Shown: piece by piece, positions 47,076-61,767 of the stretch | Numbering within the stretch: the stretch's first letter is position 1 | Layout of the letters: the number at the start of each line of letters is the position of its first letter | Assembly: GCF_009914755.1 (NCBI RefSeq) | Contig: NC_060928.1 | DNA length: 64,000 bases | Direction: 5' to 3' (one strand) | DNA from: the human T2T-CHM13v2.0 reference genome, Homo sapiens | The notes under the pieces: model-generated | What the model saw: the letters and a program-made list of their open reading frames with translations, nothing else | The model's database searches: none | What the model was told of the DNA's origin: nothing | Program-made: the position numbers and the translations under genes

Positions 47076-48878
47076 ATTTGTTTTTCTTTAATGTTCACAT
47101 AGTTTATTACCTTTATTCCAATGTCTTTACGTATGTTGGTGCTACTATAAATTGTCCCTCTTAAAAATATTAACACAATTTTTGCATGATTCTAACATGG
47201 ATATTCTTTACAGAAAGAAATAAAATGAGGGCACTATTAAAATTATTTTCCTTTAATATACATCTTTAATTTTAAAAAGCATTGAACTCTGTCTTGCAGA
47301 CTGTTATTATTTGCATATAGGACATTATAGAATGAAATTATTGTTTAAAAAAATCTGGGCAGCATCTTTTTGACATGTCTGATGTTATTACCCCCCTCAT
47401 TAAGGAATCTCAAACCTCTTTTTAGATTGAGTTTTCAGCTAGTTTTGAAATTTATGTAGAAGAAAGTAGACAAGTTGTTTGTGATTATATATTATATTCA
47501 AATTTAGATATGTTTAATGAACTAATTAGTGAATTAATCAATCAATTACATGTTCTCTTGACTATTTTTTAAAAATTTACATGACTGAATTCTAAACATC
47601 ACATATTGAGCTTATTGGTCAAGTTTTTCAGAATTAAATCAAAAAATTGTTTAAAATCATTTAGAACGCAATAGTAGTTATGATAATGTTTTGCCTAGGC
47701 ATCTAAGTACATTGTTTTTAATCTTGGCTACTTATATGCGTTACTAATTTACTTCTTGTGGGTGAATAGTGCTAACATCCACTTCATTTCTAATTCATTG
47801 AACTAACATTATACAGTAATAGGTCATCCTGATTACCTTTTAATCTTTATATTTTAAAACATAATCTCTATATTTTAACTATTTTTAGGTTTAGACTTTA
47901 CACTTCTTGATTTCTAATGATATGCTGGAAACAATTCACACTGACCCCCACCAGCCTGCAAGAGACAATTGTGTATATCTCGCCTTAACTCTGAGTTCAG
48001 TGCACTCACTTCCTCACTCTGATAGCTTTTATTTACACCAAGGAAATCTACAAACACTATTAAGTAGGGCCTTTTAAATTTTTCTCTAACTGGTTTAAAA
48101 TTCCTATCCATAATACTCGTTGGCAACACTATGTTACGAGTATTGTTTGATAGCAATATAAATATTTAAAATTCTCATACATACATATAAACACACACAT
48201 GTGCAAACATATAAAATGTTATGGCCCTTTTCTTATTCAGGTACTCACTTGGTTAGAAAATAGAAACAAGTGATTGGATAAAATTCTAGTTATTGAATTT
48301 ATGTATAGAATACAAATTTTATGTTTAATTTAAACAAAATATTGTCTGGCAATGTGACTCTTTTTTCAAAATTTGCTGAGAGAGTCGATACGTTTCAGGT
48401 CTTCTGATCTCGCAGAAAATCATTGCCAGCCAGAGTCTTTAAAATAAGTCATTCTTCAGAAAAACTCATTGTCTTTGGAGCTACTGAATCTCTCATCAAG
48501 TTTTTAAATAACTGTAAATATCAAATTTCAAAGTCACAACAACAACAAAATGAATTATCTCTAAGCTTTCATTAAAAAAAAAAAAAGAAACAATTAACTG
48601 GAATTTTGAAAAGCCAATTTCTGCTGGGTTTGTTTTTGCATGATTCTCTCAGAACACCTTAAAGTAAAACTGTTCAGAGTAATCACAAGTATTTGCATAA
48701 TTACAGCACAAGGCAAGGCACCATATCTATTTTATTACTTTATACTTTGATTAGTTTGGGTATGTGTAGGATAACGGGAAGCCCACTCCATTAAGCTGAG
48801 CTTTTCACAGAATTAAAAACTTGATTTATGTGAAATTTGAAGACAAGCTTCTAAGCATCAACTTAAATTCCCATTGCT

Positions 48879-49178
48879 GGTCGGGTGCAATGGCTCACGC
48901 CTTTAATCCCAGCATTTTGGGAGGCCAAGGCGGGTGGATCATGAGGTAAGGACTTCGAGACCAGCCTGGCCAATGTGGTGAAACCCCGTCTCTACTAAAA
49001 ATACAAAAATTAGCCAGGCATGGTGGTGGTGTGCTTAGGCCCAGATACTCAGGAGGCTGAGACAGGAGAATCGCTTGAACCCGGGAGGTGGAGGTTGCAG
49101 TGAGCCGAGATCACTCCACTGCACTACAGCTTGGCAGCAGAGCGACACTCAGTCTCAAAAAAAAAAGAAAAAAAAAAA
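48879..49178 (+). mobile_element. AluS (AluSg-like)
   Basis: Full dimer. Left TSD aaattcccattgct at 48865-48878. Confidence 0.95.
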
Positions 49179-49466
49179 GGTTGGGCATGGTGGCTCACGC
49201 CTATAATCCCAGCACTTTGGGAGGCCCAGGCGGGCAGATCACGAGGTCAGGAGATTGAGACCATCCTGGCTAACATGGTGAAACCCCGTCTCTACTAAAA
49301 ATACAAAAAAATTAGCTGGGCGTGATTGCGGGCGCCTGTAGTCCCAGCTACTGCGGAGGCTGAGACTGGAGAATGGCGTGAACCCGGGGGCAGAGCTTGC
49401 AGTGAGCCAAGATTGCGCCATCCTGGACGACAGAGCCAGACTCTGTCTCAAAAAAAAAAAAAAAAA
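49179..49466 (+). mobile_element. AluY inserted in the A-tail of the preceding Alu
   Basis: AluY diagnostics (ggctaacatgg, gaatggcgtgaacc, gagcttgcag). Followed by the right TSD of the first Alu, aaattccgattgct (49467-49480). Confidence 0.93.
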
Positions 49467-49566
49467 AAATTCCGATTGCTGATAAAATGTGAAATGTGTC
49501 TGTTCACTCTGATGCTTCCTTTATTGCAGTGTGTGCTTGGAGGTGACTGTGTGCTTGCTAGTAACC

Positions 49567-49813
49567 TTTTTTTTTTTTTTTTAAGGCGGAGTTTCCCTCT
49601 GTCGCCCAGGCTGGAGCTTAGTGACACGATCTCGGTTCACTGCATACTCGGCCTCCAGGGTTCAAGCGATTCTCCTGCCTCAGTCTCCCAAGTGGTTGGG
49701 ACTACAGGTGCCCGCCGCCACACCTGGCTGATTTTTGTATTTTTAATAGAGACGGGGTTTCACCACGTTGGCCAGGCTTACTTAGCTTCAATTCTTGACC
49801 TCAGATGATCCAC
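49567..49813 (-). mobile_element. 5'-truncated AluS
   Basis: Poly(T), then reverse Alu ending at gatgatccac. Confidence 0.9.
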
Positions 49814-51514
49814 TTTTGCTCTGGCTTATTCTTGTTCTTTGTTCTTCCACATACATTTTACAATTAAGCTGTTGATTTGTACATGCATATATACACACAC
49901 ATAAAGTATTGCAATTTTGTTTGAAATTATAGTATTATCATTGAGCAATCAATAAACCTATTTTAATGTTTAAAATAAAATCTTAAACATTATGTTGAAT
50001 CTTTAAGTCCATCAGAATATGCAGCTTTATTTTTAACTATAAATTGAGATGTTTTGATAAGTTATATAATCTAAAAAGATATTGACATTTATGTATAAAA
50101 TATTTTAGAAATTTTATGAGTTACCATAAATTTCTGACAATAAACAAATTTTTACCATAAATTAATTTTTAAATTTTATTTTGAAAATTAAATTTTTTAG
50201 CAAAATTTTGTTGGTTTATAGAAATATAATAGCCTGCTTAATATAGATTTTATGTCCGGAAAACATGTTTATGCACTGTTTTATTGTGCAACCTTGGACT
50301 CTAATGTTAAACAAGGAGTTATTTTTGCATTAGAATTTTGTAGGCATCTTAAAATTTGTCAAAGATTTCTCTTTGACTTTGAAAGATTTGTCATCATCAC
50401 AAAATCAGATTGGAGAGGAACGGGACATTGGCCCAAATTTAATTAATACTGCTTTAGAGACTTTCCTAGAATATATACTTTTATGCTATTTATAGTTAAC
50501 TTTTAAATAACAAATTATAAGAGAATAAAAAACTATTCTTCCATAGAACTATAAGTAGCCTCTATTTGTAATATATTCAGTCAAGTGTAGATAAAATTAG
50601 ACTGGTTTTTGACATAGGGAAATCAAGATGAACTGATGGCAAGATGCGAATTAAACACTCAAATATATTCCTTCTTTGAAAATAGAGTGCTTTGTATGTG
50701 TTATTGAATGGATGTTAGACAGGAAGTAATTAACTGACCTATTTAAGGAAAAGTAAGGGAAAATCATTAGGCCCTTGATAAGATTAAAAGAAAAAGGAGG
50801 AGGGACACTTAGGTTAGTTAGATATCGGTTGATTGTGAAAAATTGAAGAAGCAAAATTTTCTTTTGTTTGAACAACTAAAAACAGACTTTATTTAATGCG
50901 GAGAAACTACTAATTATGCACAACAAAAGAAATGATTTAAATTAACTACATAAAGATATAAATTAATCAGAACGTTTCTGGAGGTATACCAGATAAACAT
51001 TATAAATAATTGAATGAAAGTGTTTTTCGAGACTATACAAGAGTATGAGTCTTATATTGTGCTTCACATATTCAGTACAAATTTTACTGCCATCAATCTA
51101 AAATTCATAACTTCTATATTGAAGAATGTAAAGACAAGTGTTAATCCAAAGTAATTAATCAATTATCAAATAACTATTTCTGATCAGATATGCTTGTGAT
51201 TAGTTAAATAATAATGTTAGAATACCTGATTCTACAATTCATTTTCATATTTTTCCTTTTGGTTTTCTTATAGGTCATAGTATAAAATAAGAATGGTTAT
51301 GCACACACATACAAACACACACACACAATTTAATAATATCCAAATAAGTAAAAAGAAACCAAATGGAATAAAAGGTAAATATTTTAAGATCCCTGGAATA
51401 ACAGCTAACTTGTTAAACAATTATAGTGAAAAGATTTCTTTCTCTAAATATTATTAATAACATTAATATTATGAAGACATTCCATAATTTAAGTATTTCA
51501 TAACTTTGTTGATT

Positions 51515-52210
51515 TTTTAATTAAGCTATTTTTAGAATAGTGGTAGATTTATAGAAAAAATTGAGCTGATAATATGGTTACTATACGGACTCCCACACTG
51601 TTTCCTCTGTTATTACCATCTTACTTTAGTATGTTACACTTGTATTTCTCACCATTAATGGACCAATGTTGATAACTTATATTTAACTAAAATTAGTCAT
51701 TTATTCAGATTTTCTTAGTTTTTACCTTATGTCCTTTTACTGCCCCAGGATCTCATCCACGACACTACATTATACTAATTTCCATGATTCCATCAGCTCT
51801 TCTTGGCTCTGACAGTTTCTTAGACTTTTCTGGTTTGATGACCTTGACATAATTAGGAATATCAGTCAAGCATATTGCAAGATGCCTCTTTATTAGAATA
51901 TGTCTAATATTCTACTCATCATTAGACTAGAGATAGGGGTTTGTGGGAAGAATATCATATATGTGTCAAATTTATCACATTATATCAAGAGTACTTGTTA
52001 TCAACATTATTTATGACTGTTGACATTGAACTTGGTTATGTTTTAGGTTTCTCCACTGTGGAGTTCTTGTCTCCTTTATCACCACTCTTTCTATAATTAT
52101 CTCTTTGGAAAAAAGTCACTATGTGCACCTATACTTAAAAATGGGGAGTTAGGCTACTGGCTATTTAGGGTGGAGTATCTACATATTTTATTTGTAATTC
52201 TGCACAGAAG
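51515..52210 (-). mobile_element. L1MC/L1MD 3' UTR
   Basis: tttattcagattttcttagtt...ccaggatctcatcca and gacagtttcttagactt motifs. Confidence 0.75.
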
Positions 52211-52681
52211 ATTATCAGTTGACAAATACCTTTTTATACTATGATAATACTTGGTTTAGGTCAGTGTGTATTTTCCTTATTTTGCTTTTAAAGTTATCTA
52301 GGGGATTGACCCAGTATTTTCATTTCAAATGTTAAAATTTCATGAAGCTGATATAGGACACATAACAAAACTGAACCTCAAGAGCATAAAAAACAAATCG
52401 AGGCAATTGTATGAGATCATCTCTAGTGTCCTTTCTAGCGCTTGTATTCTTTGGGTTTCTTCAGTCTATGAATCTTTCAAAATCAGCATGCCCTGAAAAG
52501 TGTAAGCCTGCATTATTTGTCAGTGGTTTCAACTAGTCCCTAAATGTATCTTTCAATTTATTCTGCATATTATCACACATTAAATTTTTTTATAAAGCCC
52601 AATTTCGATCATTTCATTTATCTGTTTAAAAAAATCCAGTGACCTACCATTCCACATAAAATATCTAACAAATACATAAGT

Positions 52682-52959
52682 GGCGGGGTGCAGTGGCTCA
52701 CGCCTATAACCCCAGCACTTTGGGAGGCCAAGGCGGGTGGATCACCTAGGGTCAGGAGTTTGAGACTGGCCTGTCCAACATGACGAAACCCCATCTCTAC
52801 TAAAAATATAAAAACGAGCCAGGCGTGGTGGTGGGTGCATGTAACTCCAGCTACTTGAGAGGCTTAGGTGGGAGAATTCGTTGGGCCTTGAAGGTGGAGT
52901 ATGCAGTGAGCTGAGATCTTGCCACTGCACTCCAGCCTGGGCGACAGAGTGAGACTCCA

Positions 52960-52960
<1 letters not shown>
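52682..52960 (+). mobile_element. AluS with tail replaced by (CA)n
   Basis: Full dimer ending gagactccac. Confidence 0.93.

Positions 52961-53003
<43 letters not shown>
52961..53003. repeat. Perfect (CA)21 microsatellite
   Basis: Read directly. Confidence 0.95.
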
Positions 53004-53006
<3 letters not shown>

Positions 53007-53008
53007 TA

Positions 53009-55435
<2,427 letters not shown>

Positions 55436-55799
55436 AATCCATATAACAATAGTCTTCCACTAACAAACACACATCATAACATACACACACATGATTAATT
55501 TGTACCACTAATATAAATCTTTTTACTTTACAACATTTTATGAATCTTGTTTTCCCTACCATATTAAAAACTTCTTGAGGATAGTGTATTTTTGTTATGC
55601 AGTTTTGTACCCAATAAGCTCTTAGTTTGGTTACTCGTAATGTATTTAGTAGAGGTGCAATAAATTATTTTTTCTATTATGTGCTATATATGTTTCAGAG
55701 AATTTAAGAAGTATAGATCCCACTTTAAAATCATATATAGTATATTATAACTTAGTATTGTAGTAAGAGAAGTACATCTATATATTATTATATATATTA

Positions 55800-56260
55800 T
55801 TATGTGATAAGTCTTATGAAAAAGGCATGAAAACTACATGATATAAGTGAATGTCAAAGAAGCTCGTAATCTGGATTAGAAAGAGTCATATAAAGTCTTC
55901 CTAGCTTAGGAGAAGCTTAACTATTATGATAAAATAAATGAAGTGCAATCAATAAAAATGAAGTGTCAGGGGAAGGAACATATTTATGGAAGAGTTGGTT
56001 GGGTCAAGAGGAAGAAAGTAGAGAGATAAACAAGACCAGATACTAAAAGACCTTATAGGTGATGTGATGTCCAACATTATCGTAAATATTATAGCAACTC
56101 ACTAAATCATTTCTAAGAAGGATAGTTACTCTAGACAATTTTGAGTTTTAAGATCTTGACTTTCAAAGAGGTGTCAAAAAGAATTGTTAACTGGTGATTG
56201 GAAGTGGTAGCTAAGAACAACAGGAAGAAGCTTATTAATTTAGCTGAGGAAGTATTAGTG
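55800..56260 (-). mobile_element. L2 fragment (appears to continue at about 59690-59860)
   Basis: Decayed L2-like motifs (agaccagatactaaaagaccttatagg; cagatttctggcttcaacaattgagt). Confidence 0.45.
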
Positions 56261-56284
56261 TCCCTCAAGCTAGTCTGAGATTAT

Positions 56285-56655
56285 GTTACTAGAATTCCCT
56301 GGCCTTGTGACTTTGAAATTTCTTCCATTTAAGCCAGTGAAGTATACTTTCCTTGGTAATTGATACTGAGGTTGGTCATAGGACTTGCTTTGGTCAAGGA
56401 AATGTAAGAAAGACAACAATGTGCTAGTTTATTCTCAGTCGCTTAAGTGATGTCACAGATTTTCACTAGCCTTCATGTGGTTCTTCCATCCACCATAAGA
56501 AGATCATGTGCCAGCAAGATACTCAATCTAGACTGAAGAATATGTTAAACAGACCTGAATCCAACCAGCACTGTGGAATCAAATCCTACAGATCCCAGCT
56601 AAGAAGATAAGAAACACATCATCTGAAGGTTTTTCAGTGAGAAATATTTGTTTTT
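56285..56655 (+). mobile_element. MLT1H-like MaLR LTR
   Basis: ttggtcataggacttgctttggtcaaggaaatg and cagacctgaatccaacc motifs. Confidence 0.65.
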
Positions 56656-56664
56656 GTGTGTGTG

Positions 56665-59638
56665 TTTTTAAGTACTTGCAGCTTTTTCTAGATTCAGGGG
56701 ATACATGTGCAGGTGTCTTCCGTGGTTATATTGCAAGATGCTGAGGTTTGGAGTATGGATCCTGTCACCCAGGTCATGAGCATATTATTTGATAGGCATT
56801 AAGTTGCTGCAAAAGTAATTGCAGTAAAAACCACAATTACTTTTGCACCAACCTAATAGTTTTTAACCCACACCTCTCTACCTACTTCCCCACTGTAGTA
56901 GTCCCCAGTATCTAGCTTCTCCATTTTTATGTCCATGGGCTCCCAGTGTTTAGCTCCCACTTGTGAGAACAAGCAGCATTTTGTTGTTGTTGTTTCTGTA
57001 TTAATTCACTTAGCATAATGGCATCCAGCTGCATCCATGTAAAGGACATGATTTTCTTCTTTTCTATGGCTGTGTAGTGTTTCATTAGGCATATGTACAT
57101 TTTCCCTATCCAATGCAGCATCGATGAGCACCTATGTTGATTTCATGTCTTTGCTATTTTGAACAGTGCTGCAATGAGCATACAAATACACGTATCCTTT
57201 GGTAAAACAATTTATTTTCCTTAAGTATATACCCAATAATGTGATTCCTGGGTCAAATGGTGGTTCTAAGTTGTTTAAGAAATCTTCAAATTGCTTTCAA
57301 TATTGGCTGAATTAATTTATATTCACACTAGCAGTATAGAAGTGTTCCTTTTTCTCTGCAGCCTCACCAGCACTTGTTATTTTTTGGCATTTTAATTATA
57401 GCCATTCTGCCTGCTGTGAGATGGTGTCTCCTTGTGGTTTTTATTTGCACTTCTCTGGTGATCAGTGATGGTGAGGAATTTTTCATATGTGTCTTGGCCA
57501 CTTGTATGTATTCTATTGAGAATTGTCTGTTCATGTCCTTTGTTCATTTTTTAATCAGGTTATTTGCTTTTGCCAGTTTATTTCTTTAATTTCTTATAAA
57601 TTCTGGATATTAGACCTTTGTCAAATGCATTTTGAATTTTTTCCCATTCTGTAGGCTGTGTGTTTACTCTGTTGATAGTTTCTTTTGTTGTGTAGACACT
57701 CTTTAGTTTAATCAAGCCTTACTTGTCAATTTTTGGTGTTGTAGCAATTGCTTTTGAAGACTTAGCCAAAAATTATTTGCCAAGGCCAATTTCAAGAATG
57801 ATATTTCCTAGGTTTTCTAGTAGAATTTGTGTAGGTCTTATATTTAAATCTTTAATACAACTTGAGTTAATTTTTGTATGTGGTGAAAAATAGGGGTTCA
57901 GTTTGATTTTCTGTATATGGCTAGCCAGTTTTCTCAGCACCGTATATTGATTAGGGGAGTTCATTTCCCATTTCTTCTTTTTATCAGCTTTGTCAAAGTT
58001 AATATGATTGTAGGTATGAAGCTTCATTTCTTGGTTCTATATTCTGTTCCATTGGTCTACATGTCTGTTTTTGTAATACTATGCTGTTTTGGTTATGGTA
58101 GCCTTGTAGTATAGTTTGAAGTCAGATAATGTGATGCGTTTGGCTTTGTTCTTTTTGCTTAGGATTGCTTTGGTTATTCAGGTTGTGTTTTTGTTTCATG
58201 CAAATTTAGAATAGGTTTTTCCAGTTCTGTGAAAAATTAGACATTGATAGTTTGATAGGAATTACATTGAATCTGTAAATTGTTTTGTGCAGTATGGCTA
58301 TTTTAATGATTTTGATTCTTCCTATCCATGGGCATGGAATGCTTTTCCATTTGTGTCATCTCTGATTTCTTTCAGCAATGTATTGTAGTTCTCTTTGTAG
58401 AGGTCTTTTACATCCTTGGTTAGCTGTATTTCTATGCATTTCAATTTTTTGTGTGTAGCTATTTTAAATAATATTGTATTCTTGATTTGATTCTCATGTT
58501 GAATGTTATTGGTGTATAGAAATGTTGCTGATTTTTATACACTGATCTTGTATCCTGGAATTTTACTGAAGTTGTTTATCAATTTTAGGAGACTTTTGGT
58601 GGAGTCTTTAGGATTTTCTAGTTATAGAAGCGTATCAGAGAAGAGAAAGGTTTTGACTTCTTTATTTTCTATTTGGATGCCTTTCATTTCTTTCTCTTGC
58701 CTGATTCCTCTGGCAAGGGTTTTTAGTACTATATTGAAATGGAGTGATGAGAGTGGGCATACTTGTCTTGTTCCAGTTCTCAAGGAGAATGGTTCTAGCT
58801 TTTGCCCATTCAGTATCATGTTGGTTGTGGGTTTGTCACAGATGGCCCTCATTATTTTGAGATATGTTCCTTCAAATGCCTAATCTGTTGAGGGTTTTTT
58901 ATCATGAGGGAATATGGGATTTTACAGAAACACTTTTCAGCATCTATGGAAGTGATCATGTAGTTTTGTATTTAATTCTGTTTATGTGTCAAATCACATT
59001 TGCATATATTGAACCAGCCTTGCATCCCAGGAATAAAGCTTACTTGATTGTGGTGTTATTAACTTTTTGATATGCCTCTGAATTCAGTTTACTAGTGTTT
59101 TGTTGAGGATTTTTGCATCTGTTTTGATCAGGACAATTGACCTGATATGTTCTTTTTATGTTGTCTCTTTGCGGGCTTTTGGTATAAGGATGATGCTGCC
59201 TTCATAGAATGAGTTAGGGAGGAGCACCTCCTCCATTTTTTGGAATAGTTTCAACATGATTAGTATCAGTTCTTCTGTATATGTCTGGTATAATCTACTA
59301 CTACTGTGAATCTATCTGGTTCAGGGCTTTTTTGGGTTGGTAGGTTTTTTTTATTATTTATTCAGTTTCAGAACTTGTTACATGTCTGTTCAGGTTTTCA
59401 TTCTCTGTCTATTTCAATCTTAGAAGGCTTTGTGTTTCCAGAAATTTAGATACTTCCTCTAAAGTTTATAATCTGTGTGCATGGAGGTGTTCATAATAGT
59501 CTTTAAGATCCTTTGTACTTCTGTGGGACCTGTTGTAATGTTATCCTTGTCATTTCTTATTTGGATTTTCCTTTATTTCTTTGCTAATCTAGCTAGTGGT
59601 CTATAAATCTTGTTTATGGTTCCAAAAATACAGCTCTT
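56665..59638 (-). mobile_element. 5'-truncated LINE-1 (L1PA15/16-like)
   Basis: 3' UTR gatgctgaggtttggagtatggatcctgtcacccagg. ORF2 fragments at 57773-58027 and 58622-58852. Confidence 0.88.
56799..56856. mobile_element. MADE1 (Hsmar1 MITE), centrally deleted
   Basis: ttaagttgctgcaaaagtaattgc...caattacttttgcaccaacctaa inverted repeats, flanked by CA/TA at a TA site of the L1 3' UTR. Confidence 0.92.
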
Positions 59639-60789
59639 AAATGGCATAGTTTTGTTCATTTTTATTTTTTTTATTGGCTGAACCCTAAGGAAACCAAAGG
59701 TAGAGAAGGAAACACTTCATAAATATTTTTTTATGATGGTAGAATTGACAAGACAGATGTCTAATTGGAAATGGGTTACATGGGTGAAAGCAAGGCCAAT
59801 TTTCATTCTCAGATTTCTGGCTTCAACAATTGAGTATAGAAAAAGAGTGCTACTGAGTGATATGTAATAATGTTACATAAACTGATGCCCTCCCTTTAAT
59901 CCATATTTAATCTTCATCTCTATAATTGTACCACTTATTTGCTATTTCACTTTTGTTTTTTAAATACATTTTAATCTCAAGATATTCATATTTTTCTGGC
60001 CTTTCCCTTCAAAATAAATTCGGAATCATTGCCATGATGCAGAGATGTCACAGTATCTATATAAATAATACTGACCATAAGGAAACTACCAAATGAAGTT
60101 ATATTATAATTAGTCTATGCTCAATACCTACTAGAGAGGAGATATTGAAAAATATTTGATACCTTCATGAATAAATGAATAACATTTGTGTGAAAGGGAA
60201 GATTAGAGAGATGAGCTTAAGATTACATATTATAAATTGAGAAAAATTAATATTTATATTTATAGTATTGATTTGGAAATTTTCAAAATGAAATGCACAG
60301 AATCATATATTTATTTAAATATATGTACAAATGTGTTTAATTTTTCAAACTAATTTATTACAAGCAATATGTAAAATAAATTTTAAAATTTTAAAAATGA
60401 GATTTTAATTGAAATATTTGTGCAAAACGTGTTACACAGAGATTATAAATTACAAAAATCATAACTAAGATAATGTGATGCAACAAATTATGTTTAATTT
60501 AACTTGTTATTTTACCATTGAATGGCCATTTAAAAATCTCTTAACAAGGTACTTTTGCAAAATATCATTCATAATTAATTGCAATTTATAAGCAAATCTT
60601 CTTCAAATAATCCCTAAACCATAACTTGCTTGAAGTTTTAAAGTAAACTCTGATTATCTGTTTGTGTGTGTGTGTGTGACTGTATGAATCACATAGTCAA
60701 AAAATATTATAAAGGAACATAATTCAAACCCAAAGAACCACTTTTAATGTCTTACCGCTAAAACTGAAAAATTGCTTAGGCAATGTATT

Positions 60790-60960
60790 TGTTCACTTTC
60801 ATATATGTATTAAGCATCAACTATTACACCAGAGAAGGTCTAAAAACACCAGGGATATAGAGGCTCCTATGTTCAAATAATTCACATTATTTAGGAAGGA
60901 GTAAGAGGCAAAATTAAAATAAATAATGTATAATGCAATGCTAAAATGTGCAAACTCGTA
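60790..60960 (-). mobile_element. L2 3' fragment
   Basis: ttcactttcatatatgtattaagcatcaactat motif. Confidence 0.45.
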
Positions 60961-61767
60961 AATTTTCTGGCGATTAGATGAGATTTAGTTCAGCTAACTT
61001 AAGTATGTTTTTGTTGTTATTTGATTTGTTTATTTATTTCCCTTGGTCCAAGATCTCTGGGCGTCTTTCTATAGTGGGGTGATGCCCTCAATAAAAGTAT
61101 AAGAGAGAACAGAAATGAAGATGAATTTTTAAAGTCATCATAAATTTGTTTGTGAATGTAAACAATAATTTAATATAGAGACAAATTACAAGAATAGATA
61201 AATGCAAATAAAACACTCTGTTATAGACATCTTGATCTTCTTAACCATGTTTGTAACTAATTCACACAAACCGCTTTGGCATATGAAGCACATAATAGAG
61301 TCATCTCTTATATAATCATTCCCAATGCACACAGATACTTGTATCCAAATTATTAGCAATTTGATTCTAATGTAAATCAATCATAAGCAATCAGTCAGAA
61401 TGTAATAATAAATAGTTGTAACGATAGTCTGTTCATTAAATGGAAAAATACTAGTGTGATTCATAAGTGTGTGTTTGTGTTGCCGTGTATATAACTATTA
61501 TAATGATCAATGTGGAAAGCATATTTTTAATGGTTAGTCAATTCAAAGAGAAAATTTTAGTATAGTATGCTGTAGTTAAGTAGTGAAATTTATATATAAT
61601 TATCAGATATTTTATGTGGTAAAAGTATTGCATACTGAAGCTCTTAATAGTATTTGCATCATTTGAACAATGACTATAAGATGTAATTTGTTGTAAATAT
61701 ATTCAAAATTATCATGGAGCATCATGTTTAGGTAAAATCTGACATTGTATCTTCTAAATTTTTAGCA

